From contig JABJKG010000013.1 of the NCBI GenBank assembly GCA_018660415.1, positions 193,874 to 257,873 of the forward strand: a stretch of DNA of 64,000 nucleotides. The letters are read 5' to 3'. This stretch comes from a bacterium. GTDB taxonomy: Bacteria > Babelota > Babeliae > Babelales > UBA12409. The notes under the pieces were generated by a model. The model was not told where the DNA came from, made no database searches, and saw only the letters and a program-made list of their open reading frames with translations. Position 1 is the stretch's first letter, and the number at the start of each line of letters is the position of its first letter. Of the stretch, positions 32,544-42,961 are shown piece by piece. A program made the position numbers and the translations under genes.

Positions 32544-33197
32544 TCAGGAGTTAATTAATGCATTAAGTTTTTTCAGGGTAGCGAGTGGATTCGGGGTATC
32601 AAAGATGCCAGAACCGATAGCAAACGCGTCAACGCCAATATTGGCCAATTCTTTAATATTATTTTCATCAATGCCGCCATCCATAGCAATCTCGAAGGTG
32701 AGATTGTTGTCTTTTCGGTATTGAATTAGGCTTCGAGCTTTTTCTATACATTCAGGAATAAAATCCTGTCCTGAAAATCCAGCTTGTACGGACATGATGA
32801 GCACTTGATCAAGGGTGTTAATAAAAGGGAAAATCGACTTGATTGGTGTGTCGGGATTGATAGCGATACTGGAAAGTAGTTGCTTATTTTTGATAGTTGT
32901 AATGACGGTAGCGGGATCTTGTGCGCTTTTAAGTTGGAAGGCGATTATATCATCGTTATGGATCTTGAGTTGTTGTATGAACGTATTGGGATCTTCAATC
33001 ATTAAGTGAATAAAAAGTTGTTTTGTAGCGACTGTAGCGATCTGGTTTACAAAGTCTGCGCCAAAGGTCAGGTTAGGGACTTGATGGTTATCCATGACAT
33101 CAAGATGAAACCCTGAACAATATGGTTCAAATTTTTTAAGTTCACTTTTGATTTCTAATATTTTTGCGGCGATTAAAGAGAGATAGATTTTCTTCAT
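32544..33197 (-). CDS. rpe: Ribulose-phosphate 3-epimerase
   Basis: HLDVMDNHQVPNLTFG, MSVQAGFSGQDF, and MDGGI. Confidence 0.9.
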   Translation of the reverse strand: MKKIYLSLIAAKILEIKSELKKFEPYCSGFHLDVMDNHQVPNLTFGADFVNQIATVATKQLFIHLMIEDPNTFIQQLKIHNDDIIAFQLKSAQDPATVITTIKNKQLLSSIAINPDTPIKSIFPFINTLDQVLIMSVQAGFSGQDFIPECIEKARSLIQYRKDNNLTFEIAMDGGIDENNIKELANIGVDAFAIGSGIFDTPNPLATLKKLNALINS

Positions 33198-33473
33198 TTT
33201 TGGAGTTCCTCAAATTCAAAAGTTAGTATGAGTCGCATAGTAAAAATTAAAAACCTGAATGTATTGACAGAGTATCTTTTTATATGGTAGAAAAGAGTGA
33301 TATAAATAAGCTAGCAAAAGAAAATTTTTCATGGAAAAGCAGCTGTGCATCGGATCATAACAGAGGAATTAATTTATTGATACTACTATAATGCTTCACG
33401 TTTTACAGAATGGGGTTTTGTAAGATAGAGAAATGTTGAGAGATATAATAAAAATAGTTGGGAAGGATTAATA

Positions 33474-34079
33474 ATGAAAAAAGTTTTACTTATAGCAGGA
33501 GTCTTGTTAGCACTTGCGTCACCACAATTAAACGCTATGGGTGGCGGCGGTGGAGCAGCGTCAAAGAAGAAAGCGCCAGCATCAGGCATAATGTCAAAGC
33601 TTATGAATGGTGGTTGGACTTTAGGGAAATACTCACTGTATGGTGGTGGAGCCGGTCTTGGTCTTTGGGGTGCTTATAAAGGGTATTCTGAGACTGCAAA
33701 AATAGAAGATTCAGGCAAACGTCTTGCAGCTCAGGGGTTGCTTGTTAGTACTGTAAGTAGTGTTGGATCTGGTTTAGGGGTGCTATATCTATTAAGAAGT
33801 AATAGTGCATTGTCTAAGGAAGTGGCTGAAGCGAATAAAGAGATTAAGTTGATTCGTGAGAAGATGCAAGAAGCGCCAAGTGAAGAGGCTCAACGACGTG
33901 CTCTAGTGTTAGAGCGTGGTGCTGAGGCTTCCATACTTGCTCACCATAAGATTGGAAGAATTCCTACCCTTCCTAAAGGTAAGAAAGTTCTTAACGAAAC
34001 TGATGCTCAGTTGTTAGAAAGAATTCATGGCGAGCTTGATCAAGGCAATGATGATGCAGCAAGCGAAGTGGGCAACTAA
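33474..34079 (+). CDS. Secreted Gly-rich hypothetical protein
   Basis: Signal peptide MKKVLLIAGVLLALASPQLNA, a GGGGG tract, and hydrophobic Gly-rich segments. The RBS is GGAAGGA. Confidence 0.5.
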   Translation: MKKVLLIAGVLLALASPQLNAMGGGGGAASKKKAPASGIMSKLMNGGWTLGKYSLYGGGAGLGLWGAYKGYSETAKIEDSGKRLAAQGLLVSTVSSVGSGLGVLYLLRSNSALSKEVAEANKEIKLIREKMQEAPSEEAQRRALVLERGAEASILAHHKIGRIPTLPKGKKVLNETDAQLLERIHGELDQGNDDAASEVGN

Positions 34080-34114
34080 GCTAAGCTTCTTATAAGCACA
34101 GACAATATAATGGG

Positions 34115-34148
34115 TGGTCCTTTGAAAAAAGGGGCCACTCTTTTTTTT
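34115..34148 (+). terminator. Intrinsic terminator after the 33474 gene
   Basis: Stem GTGGTCC / GGGCCAC (one G-U pair) with loop tttgaaaaaag, then tcTTTTTTTT. Confidence 0.6.
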
Positions 34149-34234
34149 GACAGGGACCTCTTGTAAGTGGCAGAATAACCCAGTATACTGTTGGTAGTAT
34201 TGCAAAATGGAAATATATTATATTGGGGGTTGTT

Positions 34235-35239
34235 ATGAAAAAAGTATTATTGTTATCATTATTTATAGGCTTGAGTGCCTTACAAGCAGCACCAGATGAG
34301 GAGTTTGAGCAGGTATTCGGGCCACAGGCTGTAAGGTAAACGAGCTTGGTTGGTGATACTCTTTATGGAAGAACTGATGAAGAGATAGAGTTTTGTCCTG
34401 TTACTAGTACTGGGGTAACTGCGGCAAGTTGTTTTAATATGCAGGGTCAAAAACCTTCCTCAATGAGTGTTTCTCCGCATATAAGTCATTACGTTCAAGG
34501 CCTTCGAGTGTTGCATGCGGGAACTAGGTCTGGTAGTGTAAAGTCATTTTCTTCGCAGACCGGACAAGATGCTTTGTTTGATACTCCGGTTTTTTCTGGT
34601 CCAGTTACTTCTGTAGCTACACAGGGGAAATCTGCGGATGATGGATGTATTTATGCAGCTTCAGAAGATACGGTCAAAGTCATTGACGTGAAAACTATGA
34701 AAGAAAACCCAAGTCTTGAGTTGGGTGTTGGCGAAAAAGTATTAGGAATGCATGCGAATGATTCTGGTTTTCTCGTGGTGCGAACTAGCAAACAAGTATT
34801 AATGTTTAGGCGTAATGAGTCTTCTCCTACGGCAGTACATACATTTGCAAGCCCAGTAGTTGATGCTGTTAATACGCCTCATGATGGGCAAACGCTTTTT
34901 GTTGCAACAGGGGATCATCATTTACATATGCGTAATTATGCTCAAACAAGAGAGTCAGATCCTATTGCAGGCTCATCCCTTACTGGTGATGATTTACTGT
35001 CGGTCAGTGATGTAATGTCTATTGCTGAAGATCATTTATTGGTAGCCGACAATGGAGAAGGTTCTTCTTTTGTACGTCAGTATGGGTTGATGGATGAAAG
35101 TGCAAAAATTAAAAAACTCGGGAAACGTGTAAGGTCTTTGTCGCATGCTACGGTAGGAGGCAAAAATGTTGCTGTCGTTGGTGGTGATAATGGACAGGTT
35201 CGCTTGTTACCGGTTCTTTTAGAAAGTGAAGAATCGTAA
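34235..35239 (+). pseudogene. Secreted 7-blade beta-propeller-like protein (family C), with one in-frame TAA at 34337-34339 between signal peptide and body
   Basis: ATG at 34235 gives MKKVLLLSLFIGLSALQAAPDEEFEQVFGPQAVR, then TAA, then the same frame stays open for 300 codons (track ORF 34346-35239). The total of 335 codons matches paralogs of 336 and 358 aa. Confidence 0.6.
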
Positions 35240-35267
35240 AGATTAAAGGGTAAAGGTTGCGAGCTTT

Positions 35268-36278
35268 ATGAAAATTTATTTATTTTTATTATCAGTAGTC
35301 AGTATGACTAGTTTAACAGGGATGTTTGATGGAGAGGGTCCAGTGGTTAAAACTTTTCATCCTCATGCAGGTAATTCGGTAGAGCAGGTAGCGTTAAGTA
35401 ATAGTGATTTGTATACAAGAAGCTCTAGAAGTGTAAAATATCATCCTCTAGTTGGAGCAGGAGATGTTTCTATAGCGAGGGTATTGGGAGCGATGTATCC
35501 CACTGCTATGAGTCTTTCTTCCGAGGCTCCGATACTGCATGTGGGAACTCAAGAGGGAGTTGTTCAGGAGTTTGCAAAAGGGATAGAAGATGCACCTATA
35601 AATACTAGGCGCTTATTTGATTCTCCTATTACTTCAATGGCAACACAGGGAGCTGAGCACTTAATGCGTCTTTATGCAGCTTCTGGGAAAAAGATTAAGG
35701 TTGTTGACCTGGCTAAGATGGAGGAAATGAGGTCATTAGAATTACAGGTGGAGGAACCAGTACGTGGTTTGTATGCAAATAACTCAAATGTTTTGGTTGT
35801 AAGAGGGAAAAACACTGTTTATGCCTTTGAGCGCGATAAAACTAAGCCTGAGGGAATTCATAGATTTGCTCAAGAGGTGGTAGCTGTGACATGCACTAAG
35901 TTTGATGGACAGACGCTTTTAGTAGCAACGAAAGATGGAACCTTAACTCAGCTTAACTATTCTAATAAGTCTGATGTACGAAATAAAATTGCCGGGCGTT
36001 TATTGGCAGGTGAAGCCAGTCAAGTTCGTGATAGGATAATGTCAATTTCTGATGATGGTCTTATTGTTGTAGAAGATGGTACCGATGATAGTTCCTCTGT
36101 GACCAGTTATGGTATTATGGATGAAACGAATCCTGGAGTGGGACAAAGCATTTCTCATCGTGCAAGATCATTGAGTTACGATGTTGTTAGGGGAGAAAGA
36201 GTTGGGGTTATAGGAGGCGATAGAGGACAGGTTTCCCTCGTGAAAATTATCGATGAAGATAGAGCAGCTGGTGGATAA
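35268..36278 (+). CDS. Secreted beta-propeller-like protein, family C
   Basis: Signal peptide, then seven blade-like repeats of about 45 aa (for example ILHVGTQEGVVQEF, LYAASGKKIKVVDL, LLVATKDGTLTQLN, VGVIGGDRGQVSLVKI). Confidence 0.6.
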   Translation: MKIYLFLLSVVSMTSLTGMFDGEGPVVKTFHPHAGNSVEQVALSNSDLYTRSSRSVKYHPLVGAGDVSIARVLGAMYPTAMSLSSEAPILHVGTQEGVVQEFAKGIEDAPINTRRLFDSPITSMATQGAEHLMRLYAASGKKIKVVDLAKMEEMRSLELQVEEPVRGLYANNSNVLVVRGKNTVYAFERDKTKPEGIHRFAQEVVAVTCTKFDGQTLLVATKDGTLTQLNYSNKSDVRNKIAGRLLAGEASQVRDRIMSISDDGLIVVEDGTDDSSSVTSYGIMDETNPGVGQSISHRARSLSYDVVRGERVGVIGGDRGQVSLVKIIDEDRAAGG

Positions 36279-36359
36279 ATTTGAGCTGAGTAATACTGGC
36301 TAATCGAAGTAGATATTAGTTTTGGAGATTGCTTGAAGGTACGACGGCTAAGGGGTTTT

Positions 36360-37436
36360 ATGAAAAAAAGTGTTATTTTATTTTTGTTAGTGAGTTTGGT
36401 TAGTATAAGAGTTTTTACTATACCTTCAATTAACAGACTGCGTCCTCATCAGGAGGTGCCGGTACTCCAAGCTGTGATTGTTGACGATTTGTTGCTTTCA
36501 AGATCAGGTTGCTCTATACGAGCTTTTTGTCTTGGTAAAGAAACGCCACACACGCAATATAGTACAAAAGATCCTACCCACATGAGTTTGTCACTAGGTG
36601 GCGCGTTACTTTGGGCTGGAACTAAACAAGGAAGTGTACAGTCCCTTTACAGGGGAATGAGAGCTCCTGTTCAGACAATTCCTGTATTTGATGTTGCTAT
36701 AAGTACAATGGCATTGCCAGAGGACAGTGAGTCTCCTTATATGTATGTAGCTGGAGGTTCTGTTGTGAAATGTGTAGATAGACGTATGGGGAAGAGCATT
36801 GAGAGTGAAGCTAGTGATGTTGGAGGTCATATAAAGGAGTTACACCTTGTAAATCCCAATGTTGTTTTGGCTACGTCACATAATCAAGTTTTTGTTTTGA
36901 ATCTAAAAAAAGGTGAAAAAGTAGCAGAGCGTACTTTTCCTTCTTTAGTGCGCTCGTTATCTTTGGCTTCCGATGATGGCCAACTGTTCTGTGCAGCAAC
37001 TAGTAAAGGAAGCTTATATCATGTTAATACCTTTCATCCTTGTGTAAGGCCTGTAGTTATAGCTGGAGAGAAACTACAAGAAGTGATGCGACGTGTTTCA
37101 TATGATTACGCTTTTCAGCTTTCTGATGGTGAGTTACTTACAGCTAAGTCTCATGGGCACCCTCTTACATTGCGTAGGTTTGGGGTTGTGGATGGTCATT
37201 CGTCTACAAAGAAAGCTTTTTTAGCTCATGATGTTACCTCTCTTTCAGAAGGCACTTGTGGTGGAAGTCCGGTAGTGTTAGCCGGTGGACCTGAAGGCGA
37301 AGTTAGCCTGGTTTCTTTGGATGGCTTTAAAAAAAATGAATCTGATCGCTCAGAGCTATCTAAAAAAGAAAAACAAAGACTATTAAGAGCGGGACGCCGC
37401 CTTCCTTTTAAGTCCTTGGAAACAATTCCAGAGTGA
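36360..37436 (+). CDS. Secreted beta-propeller-like protein, family C
   Basis: The ATG at 36360 follows AAGGGG. Signal peptide MKKSVILFLLVSLVSIRVFT. The blade motifs are as in the paralogs (LLWAGTKQGSVQSL, VVLAGGPEGEVSLVSL), plus a basic C-terminal tail. Confidence 0.6.
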   Translation: MKKSVILFLLVSLVSIRVFTIPSINRLRPHQEVPVLQAVIVDDLLLSRSGCSIRAFCLGKETPHTQYSTKDPTHMSLSLGGALLWAGTKQGSVQSLYRGMRAPVQTIPVFDVAISTMALPEDSESPYMYVAGGSVVKCVDRRMGKSIESEASDVGGHIKELHLVNPNVVLATSHNQVFVLNLKKGEKVAERTFPSLVRSLSLASDDGQLFCAATSKGSLYHVNTFHPCVRPVVIAGEKLQEVMRRVSYDYAFQLSDGELLTAKSHGHPLTLRRFGVVDGHSSTKKAFLAHDVTSLSEGTCGGSPVVLAGGPEGEVSLVSLDGFKKNESDRSELSKKEKQRLLRAGRRLPFKSLETIPE

Positions 37437-37563
37437 GGCGAAAAAGACAACGCAGGGTGGTAAAATCCATCAAAGGCGACTTCTCTTATTGCCCCATTTA
37501 AATAGTTTGTTAAACTATAAAGAAATCAATTCTTCAATCAATAAGAACAATTAAAGGAAATTT

Positions 37564-38016
37564 ATGTCTGTTGACTCAATTAAAGTTGGTATGATTATTA
37601 TTATGGAGCCGGATTTAGAAAAGGCTATAGAGTTTTTCAAGAATCTTGGTTTTCCTTTGAAATTTCACTTGGAAGCGAAATGGGCCGAGTTTGGTATCGG
37701 TGATGTTAAGATGGGTTTATGTCCAACTTCAAGTGAAATAATTGAGCATCATACTGGTGTCATCTTGGAAGTTGATGATGTTAACAAGACTTTTGAAGAG
37801 TTTAAGGCAAAGGGTGTTGAGTTTGTTAAAGAACCATTCGTAGCCGTGCATGGTATTATGTGTTCATTTAAAGATCCAGGTGGAAACATCTTTGATCTTT
37901 ATCAACCAACTCCAGAAAAAGTACAAGAAATGGTTGAAAAGATGAAACAAGAAGAAGCTAAAGCGGCAGCAGCCGGCGAAACTCCTTCAGATGACAAGCC
38001 TGATTCTGAGGCATAA
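37564..38016 (+). CDS. VOC (glyoxalase / bleomycin-resistance) family protein with acidic C-terminal tail
   Basis: AIEFFKNLGF...HHTGVILEVDDVNKTFEEFKAKGVEF...FKDPGGNIFDLYQP is a typical VOC pattern. Confidence 0.7.
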   Translation: MSVDSIKVGMIIIMEPDLEKAIEFFKNLGFPLKFHLEAKWAEFGIGDVKMGLCPTSSEIIEHHTGVILEVDDVNKTFEEFKAKGVEFVKEPFVAVHGIMCSFKDPGGNIFDLYQPTPEKVQEMVEKMKQEEAKAAAAGETPSDDKPDSEA

Positions 38017-38069
38017 AACTAACTAAGATAATGTGACAGCTTTAGTCGCATAATGGTATCAAGTTGATT

Positions 38070-38098
38070 GGTGGGGTTGTAAAAGCCCCACCTTTTTT
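38070..38098 (+). terminator. Intrinsic terminator
   Basis: 7-bp GC stem GGTGGGG / CCCCACC with a 9-nt loop, followed by TTTTTT. Confidence 0.7.
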
Positions 38099-38171
38099 GT
38101 GTGCAATTTGCTTTAAAAAGATATAAATGATCCACTCATAAAATCTTAGTCAGTTGCTATAAGAAATTAAT

Positions 38172-38199
38172 TTGCAGATTTGTGGAAACGGGTTATAAT
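38172..38199 (+). promoter_or_regulatory. Candidate groESL promoter
   Basis: TTGCAG (38172-38177), 16-nt spacer, TATAAT (38194-38199). No CIRCE inverted repeat was seen nearby. Confidence 0.35.
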
Positions 38200-38246
38200 A
38201 AAATGAAATATGTTGATATGTTAAATGAAATTATTAGGGGGATTTT

Positions 38247-40191
<1,945 letters not shown>

Positions 40192-40210
40192 AACTATTGT
40201 TAGTTAGTTA

Positions 40211-40248
40211 AAGAAGGCCTCGATATTATCGGGGCCTTCTTTATTTTG
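40211..40248. terminator. Hairpin terminator between the convergent groEL and 40255 genes
   Basis: Stem aagaaggcc / ggccttctt with a 13-nt loop, followed by tattttg. Confidence 0.55.
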
Positions 40249-40254
40249 TAAGTA

Positions 40255-40989
40255 TTAATCAGTTTTTTGACGTTTTTGTTTTTGATACTCTTTTCTATGT
40301 ACTTTGACTTCAGGGCGTGCTCCATACTCTTTTCTATGTACTTTGACTTCAGGGCGTTCTTCATACTCTTTTTTTCGTACTTTGACTTCAGGGCGTGCTC
40401 CATACTCTTTTTGATACTCTTTTTGATATGCTTTTTGATACGCTTTGACTTCAGGGCGTGCTCGATACTCTTTTGTATGCGCTTGTGTTTCAGGGCGTGC
40501 GTAATACTCTTTTTGATACGCTTTGGTATGTGCTAGTACTTCAGGGCGTGCGTAATACTCTTTTTTTTGTGCTTTTCTATGTGCTATTTTCGCTAAATAG
40601 ATTTCTGGAGTATTTATGCGTTCTTCTAGCTTATGTATTTTTTTAGCAAGAACCATTTTTTTTGATAAAAGTCGTTTAAACTCTTTGGCTATTTTTTTAT
40701 CATTTTGCTGAGCTCTTAAGAGATCAATCTGGGGTTGAATTCTGTTAATTTCAGCCCAATGTTTTGAAGTTTTTGCTTGATCTTGAGCAAATATGGATGC
40801 TCCCTGTGGTCGTGCTGACTCTTCTATAGCCTTCAATAAAACCCCTAAACCTTGGCTTTGTTCTATATTATCAGCAGCAACCAGCCCGCTAGGCGGGGGA
40901 GGTGGAAAATAAAATTCGTTATCATTACTATATATATTTAACGAAACCAGGATACTGGTCAGAAAAGTACACTGTATTATTTTGTTCAT
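40255..40989 (-). CDS. Secreted coiled-coil protein with C-terminal 13-aa tandem repeats (family D)
   Basis: Signal peptide MNKIIQCTFLTSILVSLNIYS, a PPPPPS tract, AEINRIQPQIDLLRAQQ shared with the paralog, then KEYxARPEVKVxx-type repeats. Confidence 0.6.
   Translation of the reverse strand: MNKIIQCTFLTSILVSLNIYSNDNEFYFPPPPPSGLVAADNIEQSQGLGVLLKAIEESARPQGASIFAQDQAKTSKHWAEINRIQPQIDLLRAQQNDKKIAKEFKRLLSKKMVLAKKIHKLEERINTPEIYLAKIAHRKAQKKEYYARPEVLAHTKAYQKEYYARPETQAHTKEYRARPEVKAYQKAYQKEYQKEYGARPEVKVRKKEYEERPEVKVHRKEYGARPEVKVHRKEYQKQKRQKTD
40284..40560 (-). repeat. Coding tandem repeat, 39-bp basic unit (about 7 units, some of them expanded)
   Basis: The units atactcttttctatgtactttgacttcagggcgtgctcc (40284-40322), 40323-40361 and 40362-40400 are nearly identical. 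Degenerate units of 39-63 bp follow to about 40560. Each contains cttcagggcg (encoding ARPE[VT]). Confidence 0.85.
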
Positions 40990-41046
40990 AAGAAACTCCA
41001 TTTTTTAAATAATCAATTAATAAAAAATTTGTAATGTAAGTATTAA

Positions 41047-41568
41047 TCAGTTTTTTTGACGTTTTCTTGCTCGATACTCTTGTTGAACCTCACTTCTACG
41101 TTCTTTGACTTCAGGTTGGGCACGATAAGAGGCGCGTTGTGCTACTTTTGCTAAATAGGCTGTTGGATTTTCTAATCGTTTTTCTAGTTCACGTATTTTT
41201 TTAGCAACAGCTGTTTTTTTTGATAAAAGTTGTTTTAACTCTTTGAGTGTTTTTTTATCATCAATAGAGCCTTTTGTTACCTTTTTTCGCTGGGTTCTTA
41301 AGAGATCAATCTGGGGTTGAATTCGATTGATTTCAGCTTGGTTTTTAACAATTTCTGCCTGAATATTAGAAACTTGTTGTGATGGTAACTGTGGCTTTGG
41401 TGATTCTTCTACAATTTCTACTACTTCTATTTCTTGGGTCGGAAGCAACGGTCTAATTAATTCTAATGTGTTGCCTGAGGTGGGTGGAGGAGTAATTTTA
41501 CCGCTACTGTATATATTTAACGATACAAGACTGCTGGCCATAAGAGTAAAATGTATTATTTTTTTCAT
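41047..41568 (-). CDS. Secreted coiled-coil protein, family D (short-repeat paralog)
   Basis: Signal peptide MKKIIHFTLMASSLVSLNIYSS and AEINRIQPQIDLLRTQR. It ends with SYRAQPEVKERRSEVQQEYRARKRQKN. The 3' flank taagtattaatcagttttttt is shared with the 40255 gene. Confidence 0.6.
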   Translation of the reverse strand: MKKIIHFTLMASSLVSLNIYSSGKITPPPTSGNTLELIRPLLPTQEIEVVEIVEESPKPQLPSQQVSNIQAEIVKNQAEINRIQPQIDLLRTQRKKVTKGSIDDKKTLKELKQLLSKKTAVAKKIRELEKRLENPTAYLAKVAQRASYRAQPEVKERRSEVQQEYRARKRQKN

Positions 41569-41782
41569 AAGGAACCCCGTTTTTACAAACATATAAATTA
41601 CAAATTAGTATTATAATCGTATCGTTTATAATAATTAAGAATCAACGGTTTTGTTTGATTGTATTGTGTGTTAGTGTGGGTGCTCAATCTAATGTGATGT
41701 TTTGATTCAACTATTGCTTTTGGGGGGCGAACCTGTTATTATTTTTAATAGCATTTTTGTCGAAGTAGAATTTGGGGGGGTT

Positions 41783-42484
41783 ATGAAAAAGTTATTATTA
41801 ATCAGTTTATTTGTATTACCTAGTTTGTATGGGATGGGTGATGAGGTTGTTCCACAACGCGTGGATACATCGGAGATAGTTCCACCATACTTTATGATTA
41901 TGGAGCAGATGAGTAGGAAGTTAGAGCTTGTTAGTAGGGACATTTTAAATAAGTCAGTTTATGGAACGGTTAGAATGTTAGAAGAGATGCCGATAGGTGA
42001 TGCGATCGAGGCGGTTGATCGGCAGGAGCAAAATTTAGAAAAGTTGTCTCAATTGGCCTTAAGATTAAATAGGTATACTACAGATCAAATCGAATGCGAT
42101 TATTTTAGTACTTTATTTTCTCCTGTAAAACCGGTACACCATTTACAAGAAGTATCTGGGGTAGATCAAGATGACTCTTGGACAGCAATATTCCGTGAAG
42201 AGCGGATGGAACCAAAATTTATTTTACAAGGCGTTTGTGAAAAATTAAGAACTTTGGAGAAGCGGGTGACTCCTTTATTTGCATTGTCCAGCATAAATCT
42301 CAATGCGAGCAGTAGGGCAATCCCTAACCTTGGCAGACCAACCACCTGGGCCGAAGGAATTACGCATCGCCTTCGGGGGGATATTAAGCCACAACTGTCA
42401 GAGTTGTACCATCGCTATCAACGGGTATTAAGAACCACTCTGGAAAGTATTGAGGGTCAACTACGCAAGGTTTGTATAGACTAA
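41783..42484 (+). CDS. Secreted hypothetical protein
   Basis: The ATG at 41783 gives MKKLLLISLFVLPSLYG. The track start at 41702 is an unlikely extension. Confidence 0.5.
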   Translation: MKKLLLISLFVLPSLYGMGDEVVPQRVDTSEIVPPYFMIMEQMSRKLELVSRDILNKSVYGTVRMLEEMPIGDAIEAVDRQEQNLEKLSQLALRLNRYTTDQIECDYFSTLFSPVKPVHHLQEVSGVDQDDSWTAIFREERMEPKFILQGVCEKLRTLEKRVTPLFALSSINLNASSRAIPNLGRPTTWAEGITHRLRGDIKPQLSELYHRYQRVLRTTLESIEGQLRKVCID

Positions 42485-42493
42485 AAATTATTT

Positions 42494-42889
42494 CTAGTTG
42501 CCGGTCTCTTTTTCACCGCTTTTGAGATATGCTTTGAGTGCAGCTTCTTGTTCAGCAGTTAATTTTCCCATTTCTACTAAGTGAAGCGTGTTTTGGGCAC
42601 GAGCAGCGGCAATTCTTTTTAGGGAGCCTTCTTCTACCCCAGGACCCTTTGCTTGTTCTTTAAGGCGTTGTTCAATTAAAGCTATTTCTTCTGGAGTGAG
42701 TCCCGCAGTGCCTAGTTCTACACCATCATCATCACCAAAGTTTACTACAGCTGCAAGTTCCATCTCCATAGGACTTTTTCTGCCATTCTTAGTTTCATCT
42801 TGATGACCCATATCGCCACCAAAAATAGATAGTGAGGTTAATGTAAAAAGAGAGATTAAGGTTAAATTTTTCATCAGTGTGCCTTTCAT
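42494..42889 (-). CDS. Small secreted hypothetical protein
   Basis: Signal peptide (MKGTL)MKNLTLISLFTLTSLSIFGG, followed by an acidic, helical remainder. Confidence 0.5.
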   Translation of the reverse strand: MKGTLMKNLTLISLFTLTSLSIFGGDMGHQDETKNGRKSPMEMELAAVVNFGDDDGVELGTAGLTPEEIALIEQRLKEQAKGPGVEEGSLKRIAAARAQNTLHLVEMGKLTAEQEAALKAYLKSGEKETGN

Positions 42890-42961
42890 TTCGATGTTTA
42901 TTATCTTAAGTTTAGCAATTTAATTATTTAATGCATCAAAAATAATTAAATTTTAATTCTC

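Noticed and set aside
38101-38246. CIRCE (HrcA) operator upstream of groES
   Set aside because: I searched by eye for TTAGCACTC-N9-GAGTGCTAA. No such inverted repeat is present.
40284-40560. Regularly spaced 39-bp repeats that could look like a CRISPR array
   Set aside because: The units are directly adjacent with no unique spacers. They lie entirely inside an ORF, stay in frame as 13-aa units, and no cas genes are nearby. This is a coding tandem repeat.
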